A program made the translations under genes and the position numbers. This document shows positions 25,419 through 37,598 of a stretch of DNA of 64,000 nucleotides, piece by piece (position 1 is the first letter of the stretch; every line of letters starts with the position of its first letter). Under the pieces are notes generated by a model. That model was not told where the DNA came from and made no database searches. It saw nothing but the letters and a program-made list of their open reading frames with translations. The DNA comes from Octopus vulgaris (lineage: Eukaryota): assembly GCA_951406725.2 (NCBI GenBank), contig OX597817.1, positions 15,872,001 to 15,936,000 on the forward strand, read 5' to 3'.

Positions 25419-26204
25419 CTGGACACACTCAAAAGAAAACATCACAGATCAAACACACACACAAGAAAATGAAGGTAAACCTTAACTCCTTAACAGAATT
25501 CTTAAGAAGATGTGAAGGGAAGGGAACATTTTGGGGTGGGTAGATGGATGGATGTTGGGTGGTTGCATTATGGAAGCAGTTAGATGACCTGATAGGTGAA
25601 AATGCAGTTACAGTTTGTAGAGATTAAATTTGGAAGTGAGTGATCTTTTAGGATCCAGGTAGTAGGTCAGTGTTCATAGATGTAAATAACAGTGAAAGAG
25701 CTTTCCTGACAGTCTAAGTCTCAGTGAAGGATGGGAAGAAATTCATCTTCATGGGCTTGGAGATTGGACATTTCTTGATGTGACTCACCCACTAGTGAAT
25801 GATAGAAATCATATCTTAGATGCTCAGCAGGATAAGTGCAAAGCCTCTAAACAATTGCTCAGACTTTTATAAGTTTGTCAGATGCCAAATAGACTGCATT
25901 TCGTCAATGTATTTGGTTATACACAGAGAGACAATTAAAATTTGTTCTAGTACAAGAATAAAAGCATTTCAACTTTAACATTTACATGGAGAGTAGATAT
26001 AAAATGTGTTGAGGTTTTGAATCAGATTATCTTGTCCATATGTCAGTAATCACACCGTGATTAAAAATGTTATACTATTACTGCTTACATAGGTATTGAT
26101 TTTCATCCAATGAGGATTCATTTAACAGTGAAGCATTAATATACAATTAGATTTATGTGGAATGTCAAATATACTCATGAAATACATGCAAAAAAATATC
26201 ATGC

Positions 26205-26465
26205 GCAGGTGGCACGTAAAAAACACCATTTGAGCACGGCTGTTGCCAGTACTGCCTGACTGGCCCTCATGCCGGTGGCACATAAAAGCACTCACTATGC
26301 TCTCAGAGTGGTTGGCGTTAGGAAGGGCATCCAGCTGTAGAAACTCTGCCAGATCAGATTGGAGCCTGGTGCAGCCATCTGGTTCGCCAGACCTCAGTTA
26401 AATCATCCAACCTATGCTAGCATGGAAAGCAGACGTTAAACGACGTGATGATGATGACGACGATG
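26205..26465 (+). mobile_element. RTE 3'UTR fragment (family C)
   Basis: Family match, (GAT)n tail. Confidence 0.8.
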
Positions 26466-26709
26466 TTATCCCAAAAAAAAAAAAAATCATAGGAAATATA
26501 ACATACTCAATAGTAGATTTACATTGTCCTAACAACACTCTTTATTGTATTAGAATTAATTAATTGACCCAACAGACTGTAAAGTGTTATTTATACAAAT
26601 CAGATTTTCCAATTAAATGAAGTCCTTTGTCGTAGTGACTATATAAACAATTTCTTTGTGGACAAAAGATGGGTGTGTACAGTTTCTGGTGCATAGACAT
26701 TTGTGTACA

Positions 26710-27729
26710 TTCATCATCATCATCATTTAATGTCCACTTTCCATGCTGGCATGGGTTGGATGGTTTGGCTGAGGTCTGGCAAGCCAGAAGACTGCACAAG
26801 GCTCCAATCTGATCTGGCAAGATTTCTACGGCTAGATGTCCTTTCTAACACCAACCACTCCGAGAGTGTAGTGGGTGCCTTTTACGTGCCACTAGTACAC
26901 GGGCCATTTATATGGTATTGGCATCAACCATGCTCAAATGGTGCTTTTTATGTGCCACTAGCACAGGAGCCAGTCAGGTAGCACTGGATATGACCACAGT
27001 CAAATGGTGCGTTTTGTGTGCTACTGGCTTGGGACCAGTCAGGTGGCACCGGCATAATATGGTGGATTTTACGTGCCACCGGCACAGGAGCCAGTCCAGT
27101 GGGTTTGGCATCAACCACACACAAATGGTGCATCTTACGTGTCACTGGTATGGGTGCCAATCAGGTGGTACTGGTATCAACCAAGACAGTGATTTTACTT
27201 GACTCAACAGTTCTTCTCAAGCATAGTTTATTGCCCAATGATTGAAGGGTACTCTTAAATGGGCCAGTTATGCTGCACTGGCATAGGCCACAGTTACGAT
27301 CTCACTTGGCTTGCTGGGTCTTCTCAAGCACAGCATGTCTCCAAAGGTCTCGGTCACTTGTCATTGCCTCCATGAGGTCCAATATCTGAAGATCATGCTT
27401 CACCACCTCATCCCAGGTCTTCCTGAATCTACCTCTTCTACAGGTTCACTCCACTTTTCCGGTGTGACACTTTTTCACACAGCTGTCCTCAACCATACGC
27501 AACACATGACCATACTTGCACAGTCGTCTCTCTTGTACACCAAATCTGATGCTTCTTATGTCCAACTTTTTTCTCAGGGTGCTTACACTCTGTTGTGTAG
27601 GTACACTGACATTACACATCCAGCTCAACTGGTTAAGGTCAAACAACTGACAAGCAAATCTGTGGTATTGAGCAGAATATTTGCTGTAGCCCATCTTTTA
27701 TACCAAGACAAAACAATGTACATGATAAC

Positions 27730-27778
<49 letters not shown>

Positions 27779-28630
27779 CTTTATATATAAACTCTGTTGT
27801 GTAGGTACACTGACATTACACATCCAGCAGAGCATACTTGCCTCATTTCTTGCAAGTTTACACATATCCTCAGCAGTCACAGCCCATGTTTCACTGCTGT
27901 GTAGTATGGTTGTTTGCACACATGCGTCATACAGTCCATCTTTCATTCTGAGTGAGAGGCCCTTTGTTACCAGCAGATGTAGGAGCTGTCTGAACTTTGC
28001 CCAGGCTATTCTTATTCTAGCAGCTATGCCCTCAGAGCATCCACCCACGCAACTAACTTGGTCACCTAGGTAACAGAAGCTATCGACTACTTCTAGTTTT
28101 TTCCCCTGGCATATGACAGATGTTTTCTGCCCATTTTCAGTGTTTATTGCCCCTGTACATTTGCCACATACAAAAATTATCTTCCCAGCAAGCCTTTCTT
28201 TCATATTGCTGCACTTCTTATGTGTCCATAGATTACACTGGGTACATCTTATGGAGTTTCTACCTATGCCTTTTCTACAGATCAAGCAGGGTCATCTACC
28301 TGAAGGGATTTGTGATTTGTCTACCTTCCAACATATATTGACTTTGATTTCTGCTAGATTGATTCTAGATCTTGCTTCCACACCTGAAACTTCTTCTCTA
28401 GTTCTGGTAGTGCTTCAGCTATGAGATCAAGGTCATCAGCATAGAGGAGCTCCCAGGGGCATCCTGTCTAGAATTCCTCTGTTATTGCCTGGAGGACTAT
28501 GATGAATAAGAGGGGACGGAGGACTGAACCTTAGTGGATCCCTACCTCTACCTGGAATTCTTCACTAAACTCATTGCCAACCTTCACCTTACTGACAGCA
28601 TCCTTGAAAATGGCTTGTACAGCTCTCACA
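26710..28630 (-). mobile_element. 5'-truncated RTE LINE with 3'UTR, interrupted by a family D fragment and (TAT)n
   Basis: ELLYADDL, CTQCNLWTHKKC, SFCYLGDQV; ~35-bp duplication actctgttgtgtaggtacactgacattacacatccag flanks the 27625-27790 insert. Confidence 0.88.
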
Positions 28631-28997
28631 GTGTATTTCACTACACATGCAAAACCAGCTATAATTGTACTACTACCACAGATATATTCTTTGTACATTT
28701 ACATTGACCAAAACCCACAGCTTACTGTGTTAATAAACTGACTTAGCTGCAAAATACTTATGCACATTCGTTTTTCTGGATGGGCAGGTACACAGTGTCT
28801 GTTGTCTTAAATGGAACTAAAATAGGTAAGCCTGATCACTTCTTTGTGTTTTTTTTTTCATTACCACAGAGTCTATATAGATATCTGTTTACATTTGCAC
28901 AGAGTATCTATTTTGCCCATTTTCAGCTCTACCTATAAGAGACAGTTAATATTTTTATTACTGCAACAACCATACTCTATGTATATTTGCATTAAAC

Positions 28998-29037
<40 letters not shown>

Positions 29038-29040
<3 letters not shown>

Positions 29041-29174
29041 AAAATAATACATTATATACATTGTTATATATATTTACATTAAAATAATACATTATGTACA
29101 TTGTTATATATATTTACATTAAAATAATACATTATGTACATTGTTATATATATTTACATTAAAATAATACATTA
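29038..29174. repeat. 40-bp AT-rich tandem repeat, about 3.4 copies
   Basis: attaaaataatacattatgtacattgttatatatatttac. Confidence 0.9.
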
Positions 29175-30303
29175 GTCAGCAGGTGAAATATATACTAAAT
29201 ATTGAATTATTAATTAAATTTTTAAATTTACAATTTTTAGTAATGGCTTATACATTATATAGTTATATTAAACTAACCTTCTTGAGAAATGGCTGGCAAA
29301 AGCTGGTGTATTCCAGGACAAAATATCTTAAGTCCAAATTCAACAGAAGTAGATATTTGACTTTCATTTTCCTAGTGTGATGACAGTATCAGTCAAATAC
29401 TGATACTTATTCCACCAAAATCACAAAAGATATGGACTTGTGGCAATATTAGAAATAATCATTTCTACTATAGGCACAAAGCCTGAAATTTTGGGGAGAG
29501 GCCTAGTTAATTACATCAACCCTAGTGCTTGACTAGTACTTCATTTTACTGATCCTGAAAGGATGAAAGGCAAAGTCAGCCTTGGTGGAAAATAAACTCA
29601 GAACATAAAGCCAGAAAAAAAGCCACTAAGCATTTCACCAACTGCAGTAACAATTCTGCCAGTTCAAGATCATCATCATTTAATGTCCATTTTCTGTGCT
29701 AACATGGGCTGGAAGATTTGACAGGAGTTGGCCAGCCAGAGAACTGCACCAGGCACCAATTGTCTGCTTTTGCATGGTCTCTATGCCTGGATGCCCTTCC
29801 TAACACCAACCACTTTACAGAGTGTACTGGGTGCTGTTATGTGGCACCATCACAGGTGCCTTTTATATGACACCAAAACAGGTATTTTTACATGGCACTA
29901 GCATCCACATGTTCACAATACAAGGACCTCTGAGCTGGGAGAGAGAATGGAGTAGAGAGATTAGAGTATGGTAGAGGTAGCCTTCTTACTATTAAGAAGG
30001 TCCGTGGCTACCTCAGTAGGACATGGAAAGAGGAAAGTTGGGGAGAGTTGCAGATCAAAACAGTCTGAGCGAGCAAAGAAGCCTACCACAAGGAACAGCA
30101 GCAGCTAGTATAAGAAGTCCAGAAGGGATAGAGGGGCATGTTCATAATAGTGTGAGGGGAGATGTTAAGAGATTGCAGAGCTAGCATGTGATGTTGAAAT
30201 GAATTAGAGTGGCTCGGAGGTGGAGTTTGTCAGATATGTAGCAAGAGATGATAAGAAGAAAAGGAAGTGGCTGAGAGGGAGTATGGTAGGTATGTGAAGA
30301 TAA

Positions 30304-30534
30304 GGCGGAGAGCTGGCAGAAACGTTAGCACGCTGGGCGAAATGCGTAGCCGTATTTCGTCTGCCGTTACGTTCTGAGTTGAAATTCCGCCGAGGTCGAC
30401 TTTGCCTTTCATCCTTTCGGGGTCGATAAATTAAGTACCAGTTACACACTGGGATCGATATAATCGACTTAATCCGTGTGTCTGTCCTTGTTCGTCCCCT
30501 CTGTGTTTAGCCCCTTGTGGGTAGTAAAGAAATA
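30304..30534 (+). mobile_element. SINE B
   Basis: Family match. Confidence 0.9.
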
Positions 30535-30559
30535 GGTAGTCACAATCTTACTTAGCTTG

Positions 30560-31190
30560 ACATGTTTTCTCAAGCACAGCAAATTGCCGGAAAGTTTTGA
30601 TCTCTTGTCATCTCTGACATCTGAAGATCCTTTCTGATCATGTCATCCCCTGTTTTCCTGGTAGTACCCCTTCCACAGGTTCCTCCGCAATTAGAAATCA
30701 GCGCTGCTATATGCATCTGTCCTCATCCCTTTGTATCACATGACCATACCAGCACAGACTTGCGCACTACAACTGAATGTCTCTTATACCCAGTTTTCTT
30801 CTTAAATCATCTACACTCTGTTATGCATGCTCACAGATATTACCCATCTGGTGGAGAATACTAACTTCATTTCTTTCAAGCATTCACATGTTCTTTGTTG
30901 TCATAGGCCATGTTTCACAGCCATGCGACATAGCTGTACATATGCAGCTACCACAATTTCACTCTGAAGTAGTAACTATCTAAATTTTACCCAGCCTGTT
31001 TTTATTTTCGTAACTATGCTTTCAGAACTTGCTCTTCTACAGTCAACTTGGTTGCCTAAATAATGTAAGCTATCTATTACTTCTAAGGATCCTCCACCCC
31101 AGACATTCTTAGTACTTATGTTCGCACATCTGCCCCATGCAAAGATTTGTTTCTCTGTTAACATTCTTATGATATCACTGTATAGCTGCA
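30560..31190 (-). mobile_element. Old RTE 3' fragment
   Basis: LEVIDSLHYLGNQV..KIKTGWVKFR. Confidence 0.7.
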
Positions 31191-31589
31191 TAAATATATT
31201 ATCAGAATGACAATATCAAATTTCTGAAAATAAAATAAATATAGCAGCAGTGTAATAATGAAATATCCCGGGGCAGCCAAAAAGGATCTGTCTGCAACCC
31301 AGACAAATAGTGCTGAACTAAACTAAACTGAGTACACTGATTCTGAATCTGAACTCAGAATTGCTATAGCACATCAGGATTTTGAATAATGAGCATAATT
31401 ATATATTAATACTATATTAGAATCAGGAATACTTAAGTTCATGGTAAATAATTATTATAATAGTATTAGTACTGTATATAGTAAATTTATGTTCAAGGCA
31501 AATAGTATTATGATATAATGGTACATAGTATATCTATGTTAAGGGGATACTCACTTTATTTTAGATATGCTCAGCTCAGAAATGTTTGA

Positions 31590-32720
31590 GTCACTTGCTC
31601 TTGTGCTTATGCACCGTGCTGGTCTCCCATTGTAGGAACCAGCAGTAGTCACCCATCATGCATGGATTGAACCAGCCTTGGTACCTCGTTTCCATCTCAG
31701 ATACGTTCTGGTGGAACCCCTCACCATGCTCATCACCAACAGCACCAAGATTCTTTGGAAAAGAATCGAGATGAGAATGCAAGAAGTGCATTTTAAGGGA
31801 CATACAGCATCCCATTCTTTCATACGGTGTTAGCATATTGTTTATCAATTCAGCATACTTTTCAACTTAATGATTTCCAAGAAAGTTCTGTACAACTACC
31901 ACAAATGAATCCCATACTCAAATGGATTCAGTCTACCTCTGAATTTGCTATCAGATATCAATTCTCTGATTTTGGGTCCAATGAAAATGCCTGCTTTTAG
32001 TTTTACGTCACTTTTCTCTGCACTAAATTTTACTTTTGGGTACTGGAAGCCACAACCATTGTGTGTCATTGCTTTTACAAAGTTTTTTCATGAGGCTGAG
32101 TTTGATGTGAAGGGGTGAAAGAGAGATCTTTTGCAGGGTCTACCAGTGGCATATGCTGCACATTGTACCGACCAACTATGTGCTCATCTCTTTTAGGCCA
32201 GTCTTTTACAATGTAATGATTGTTGTCATCACAGCTGTTCCAAACACAAGAAGCACATATTTTTGGTATATCCCAGCTGCAGTCCTAGGAGGAGGGAAAT
32301 CACCACTTATGTACTGAGTACTTAACTCCTTTCAGAGTGAGTTCCATTGATTCATAAGTTTCTTCTATACTGACAACATGACACACAGGAAAGGAAGGTT
32401 TTGCATTACCATCATATAACAACGCAGCTATGAGGCTAACTTTACTCAAGTCTATAAAAAATCTCCTTTCGTTAGCCACATGCACATGTCCTAGTTTTTG
32501 CATGAGTGCATTAGCGTCTGTACAGAAACAAACATTATTTGCTTGCTTGAAAAAGACAGATAAGCCTTTATGGTGAGAACAGAAAATGGAAATTTTTGTA
32601 CCTTGCTGTAGGAGATTCCATTGTTGTAGTTTGAATACCAAAACTTCTGCCTTCTCCTTTGACAATGCTAGGTTTCTACTAAATCGCTCAAATCTTTTTG
32701 ATTAAACTAGCTTGGTTCAT
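31590..32720 (-). mobile_element. Decayed DNA transposase, Chapaev3/CMC-like
   Basis: SKEKAEVL..KLQQWNLL, LLGLQLGYTK, LSPLHIKLSLMK, MSLKMHFLHSHLDSFPKNLGAVGDEHGEGFHQ..RYQG..MMGDYCW; frameshifted. Superfamily is assigned from recalled motifs. Confidence 0.7.
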
Positions 32721-32924
32721 TTTTCTTAGAGTCAACTACATACTCATTGTTGATAGGAGAGTAAGGGGGTTCATCATGCGATGTATCAAGATTTTCAAGT
32801 GAAGCATGAGAGAAGGGAACTAGGACAGGGTTCTTGAAGTTATGTGGGATCAGTTTTAGAGCCAATTACAATTTGCATACACAATCTTTGCTTTGGTCTT
32901 TTTTGAGAAACCACTAATATTAAT

Positions 32925-33123
32925 ACAGTTCTATATTTAAGAGATGAAGAATTATGTACATTGTTTACATTTGATGGATATTTTTCCTCATCTTGTTTGT
33001 TGTTAACACAATATTTCAGCTGATATATCCTCCAGCCTTTATCAGATGTCTTGGGTAAATTTCGAACCTGGGTTCTCATTCCTAAGGTATTTTTAGATGT
33101 TATTTTTATTATTATTATTATTA

Positions 33124-33187
<64 letters not shown>

Positions 33188-33492
33188 CTTGATATATCAA
33201 ATTGAAGTTGTGTGTGTGAGACTCTGCCTCCTCCGATTTAGATTCCTAACTACTCCCAGATTTTGCGGTGCAGTTTAACAAAAAGCGGGTATCTTATAGT
33301 CGTCATTCATATCGATCCCTTCTGGATATTAGCGCGCGCCTACGATGAGTCTACGATTTAAAAAAAAATTTACCATCATTTTTCCGCATTTTTAATGATT
33401 TTTGCTCGGTTTATATAAGGGAAGTAACTCTCTAAAAATGCTCATATAGTTATTTCCCTTACAAACCCGAGCAACGCCGGACGATACTGCTA

Positions 33493-33543
<51 letters not shown>

Positions 33544-33621
33544 ATTCAGGTCACTGCCTGGAATCGAATTTGGAAACTTGGGGCTAATAGCCCACGCTCT
33601 TAACCACTATGCCGTATGCCC
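32925..33621 (-). mobile_element. Putative tRNA-headed SINE with (TAA)n linker and hammerhead-like tail, interrupted by a Helitron
   Basis: Head GGGCATACGGCATAGTGGTTAAGAGC...TTCGATTCC at 33621-33547; degenerate hammerhead at 33050-33005. Confidence 0.55.
33187..33493 (+). mobile_element. Non-autonomous Helitron
   Basis: A|TC ... cccgagcaacgccgg hairpin ... CTAG|T. Confidence 0.75.
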
Positions 33622-33629
33622 AAAAGCTT

Positions 33630-33965
33630 ATTAACCTGGACCTACCAAGCCAATGTGATAAAAAATGGAGCTGACCCAAAATGCTGATTCTGTAATGATG
33701 AGATTGAAAGTATAGACCACCTAATCACAGGGTGTAGAGTCTTAGCACCTGTAGAATATAAAGCAAGACATGACAGAGTCGGCCAGTATTTACACTGGAC
33801 AATATGTTGGCATTATAAAATCAAAACCGCGGACAAATGGTATAAACACCATCCTGAAGCTGTGACTGAGGGAGAAAATGTGCCGATTCTCTGGGACTTC
33901 CCCATACATACTGACAAAACTATAAAAGCTAATAAATGGGATATTATTATAAAAAAATCAGACAA
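33630..33965 (+). mobile_element. R4/Dong-like fragment (CCHC and RLE region)
   Basis: FCNDEIESIDHLITGC..YKARHDRVGQYLHW..ILWDFPIHTDKTIKANKWDII. Confidence 0.85.
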
Positions 33966-33999
33966 AAAAGGCGTGTTCCCCCCCCCCCACTCATTCTCT

Positions 34000-34332
34000 A
34001 TTATCTATCTAAGCGGAAAGTGTAACCTCTCGAAAGAGCTGTTCTTCACTCCTGCTCCAGAGCGTCGGCTGCGGGGTCATTCCAAAAAGCTCTATCTGCG
34101 ACGATTTCATCTCAATTGAAGGTGAGGGGCTTTCTCCGTCCGGGTTGCGGATCCGTGGAATAAGCTGCCAGACGAGATGGTGAAGATGCTGACGACCGCT
34201 CGGTTCAAAGTCTCCCTTGACCTCAAGTGGCCTGAACTCTTTACATGAACACCACCCTGTACATAACTCCATGTCCCCCTACATGGCCTTGCTTTTTGCT
34301 TTTTGAGCCAAAAAATTAACTAACTAACTAAC
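34000..34332 (+). mobile_element. CR1-type LINE 3' fragment
   Basis: RLRGHSKKL..FSVRVADPWNKLP..FKVSLD; (TAAC)n tail. Confidence 0.85.
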
Positions 34333-34481
34333 ATGTAAACATAGTTCCAATAGCTTCGTCTTTCTTATTTGTCTTAAGGTCATGCATATCCGTTAATCGT
34401 CATATTTTATTTATTTTATTCAAAGTTATCATTTCGTTAATTCATTCTCTCTAAATTTGTCAAACTACAGTATAGAATCAA

Positions 34482-35010
34482 GATGAGAACGCAAGAAGTG
34501 TATTTTAAGGGACATACAGCATCCCATTCTTTCATACAGTGTTAGCATATTGTTTATTAATTCAGCATACTTTTCAACTTAATGATTTCCAAGAAAGTTC
34601 TGTACAACTACCACAAATGAATCCCATACTCAAATGGATTCAGTCTACCTCTGAATTTGCTATCAGATATCAATTCTCTGATCTTGGGTCCAATGAAAAT
34701 GCCTGCTTTTAGTTTTACGTCACTTTTTCTCTGCACTAAATTTTACTCTTGGGTACTGGAAGTCACAACCATTGTGTGTCATTGCTTTTACAAAGTTTTT
34801 CATGAGGCTAAGTTTGATGTGAAGGGGTGAAAGGAAGATCTTTTGCAGGGTCTACCAGTGGTTTATGCTGCACATTGTACCGACCAACTATGTGCTCATC
34901 TCTTTTAGGCCAGTCTTTTACAATGTAATGATTGTTGTCATCACAGCTGTTCCAAACACAAGAAGCACATGTTTTTGGTATATCCCAGCTGCAGTCCTAG
35001 GAGGAGGGAA
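34482..35010 (-). repeat. Direct duplicate of transposase segment 31770-32298
   Basis: Near-identical ~530 bp. Confidence 0.9.
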
Positions 35011-37586
35011 GTGCAGAAGACGATGCTCTCGTCTAAACTTGTTGGTTCATGGTACACCCACCCTCCCACCCCTCCACCTTTACCGTAAGATCTTATCCTC
35101 TGTCTTCCTTGTTTCTAAGGGCCTAATGCCACTGCCACCCCTACGTAGGGTTTATTGATCATATAGCGCATAAAAATGGCGTAGTGTATCTAGGTTGTAG
35201 TCTAGTGTTTCTTTATGAATTCTGCCAAATGCCAACTTCCTTTTCAGGTACATGACATTGCTGTCCCTCATCCCAGGGTCTCACAGGCCCACATCTCCCA
35301 CGCCCTCAGAGTTGGCACACTCAACGTTGGCACACTGAAAGGTAGGTCTGGTGAGATTGTTGAGATGCTTGAACGGAAATGTGCAGATTTGTGCTGCTTC
35401 CAAGAAGTAAGGTGGAGAGGAGGTTCTGCTAGGTTCCTCACAGGCAAAGAACACAGGTACATGATTTTCTGGGCAGGGAACATTGACGGGGTCGGAGGCG
35501 TGGGTATACTTCTTGTGGAGAAATGGGTTGATAAGGTAATCGAGGTAGTCAGAGTATGTGACAGAGTACTTAAGATTATATTAGTGCTTCACCATAGGTT
35601 AGCTACCATTATCTCGGCCTATGCCCCTCAACCGGGGCTACCGGATGGGCAGAAAGACCGATTTTATGACACCCTATTGCAGACTACCTCGTTGATATAT
35701 GACAGGGACTTTCTCTTTGTGGCTGGTGATTTCAATGGACGTGTTATACAACATGCAGGGGGCTTCCATAGCATACACGGAAGCTATAGTTTAGGTTCCC
35801 GCAATGAGGAGGGAACCAGACTGCTGGAGTTCTGAAATGTAAATGATCTTATGGTTTGCAATACCAACTTCAGGAAACCCGCCTGTCACCTAGTCACCTA
35901 TCGTTCTGGCAGACACACTAGCCAAATTGACTACATCCTCGCCAGAAAAAGGGAAAGAGGGCTGCTTATAAATGCCAAAACCTTCCCAGGCGAAGAATGT
36001 ACCCCTCAACATAGATTAGTAGTTAGCAACTTCAGGATCAGGGCTAAGTGGATGCTCTGAAGATGACCAGCTTGGAGGAGAAGGGTCTGGAAGCTTAAAG
36101 ATCATGCAAATGGACAATGATTTAGAGACGTATTAATCAAAGCCTTTGATGAAATAGAAGGGGATATAGCATCACATAATGTGGAAGACAACTGGAGGTT
36201 TCTACAGGACAACCAGCTGAGAGCCACTGACCAGATCTGTGGATGGTGCAAAGTCCCCTCTCGACCCAAGGTAACGTGGTGGTGGAACAATGTGGCTGAC
36301 AGGGCTATTAGACAAAAGAAACAGGCTTGGAAGGAATGGAAGAACGGAGGTAGCAGGGAATTGTATCAGACTGCCAGAAGGGAAGCTAGGAGACAGGTTT
36401 ATTCAGCCAGTGGGGAAGCAGATAAGAAAAAATTTGCCAATGTTCTGCGCCGTGCGGACCAAAGACTTGAGGTATTTCGTGTTGCAAGACAGGGTGTGAG
36501 AGAGAATCGTGATGTCATAGGAGAGAAATGTGTCTGTATGGGTGATGGTTCACTTGCACTAAACGAGGCTGCAAAGAGAGAGGTTTGGAGACGCCACTAT
36601 GAAAGGTTGCTCAATAAAGAGAATGAGTGGGAGAAAGAGAGTCTGCTGAATGTTGACCCAACAGAGGCACTAGCTATCCGAAATGACAATACCTTGGTAG
36701 ATAAAGCAATCAAGAGTATGAAGGCAGGGAAAACCCCCGGCTCACCAGGAATCACTGCAGAGATGCTCAAAATATCAGTCAGTGTCGGCTATAGCCTAGT
36801 CACTCGTATAGTTAACCAGGTAATACACGAAGGAGCCATACCCAATGACTGGTGTAGGAGCACCGTAGTCAACTGCTACAAAGGTAAAGGTGAAGCTTTA
36901 GATACAAATAATTACAGAGGTATCAAGTTGTTGGATCAGGTAATGAAGGTTACAGAGAGGTTCATAGCCCAACTAATTAGGGAGAGAGTCAGTTTAGATG
37001 AGATGCAGTTTGGGTTCGTGCCAGGGAAGTGCACCACTGATGCTATATTTCTACTAAGACAGCTGCAGGAGAAATACCTAGCCAAAGATAAACCTCTGTA
37101 CCTGGCTTTCGTTGACATGGAGAAAGCCTTTGACAGGGTCCCACAATCCCTTATCTGGTGGTCAATGAGGAAACTAGGGATAGATGAATGGTTAGTGAGA
37201 GCTGTGCGAGCCATGTACAAGGATGCCATCAGTAAGGTGAGGGTTGGCAACGAGTATAGTGAAGAATTCCGGGTAGAGGTTGGGGTCCACCAAGGTTCAG
37301 TCCTCAGCCCCTTCCTATTTATCATAGTTGTCCAGGCAATAACAGAGGAATTCAAGACAGGATGCCACTGGGAGCTCCTCTATGCTGATGACCTTGCTCT
37401 AATTGCTGAGTCACTATCAGAACTAGAGGAGAAGTTTCAGGTGTGGAAGCAAGGATTAGAATCGAAGGGCCTTAGAGTCAACCTAGCTAAAACCAAAGTC
37501 CTAATAAGTAGGAAGGTAGACAAACCACAAACTCCTTCTGGTAGATGGCCCTGCTCGATTTGTAGAAAAGGCGTAGGTAGAAACTC
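35010..37586 (+). mobile_element. RTE LINE with in-frame stops, 3' third missing
   Basis: Endonuclease GTLNVGTL, QEVRW, AYAPQ, GDFNG, SQIDY; RT QGSVLSP and YADDL. Breaks off at GRNS, at the junction with ORF1-only element 1. Confidence 0.92.
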
Positions 37587-37598
37587 ACCAAACTGTAC

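Noticed and set aside
33547-33621. tRNA gene (also the tRNA-like heads at ~6800-6870 and ~15260-15330)
   Set aside because: No proper acceptor stem or terminator; these are SINE heads.
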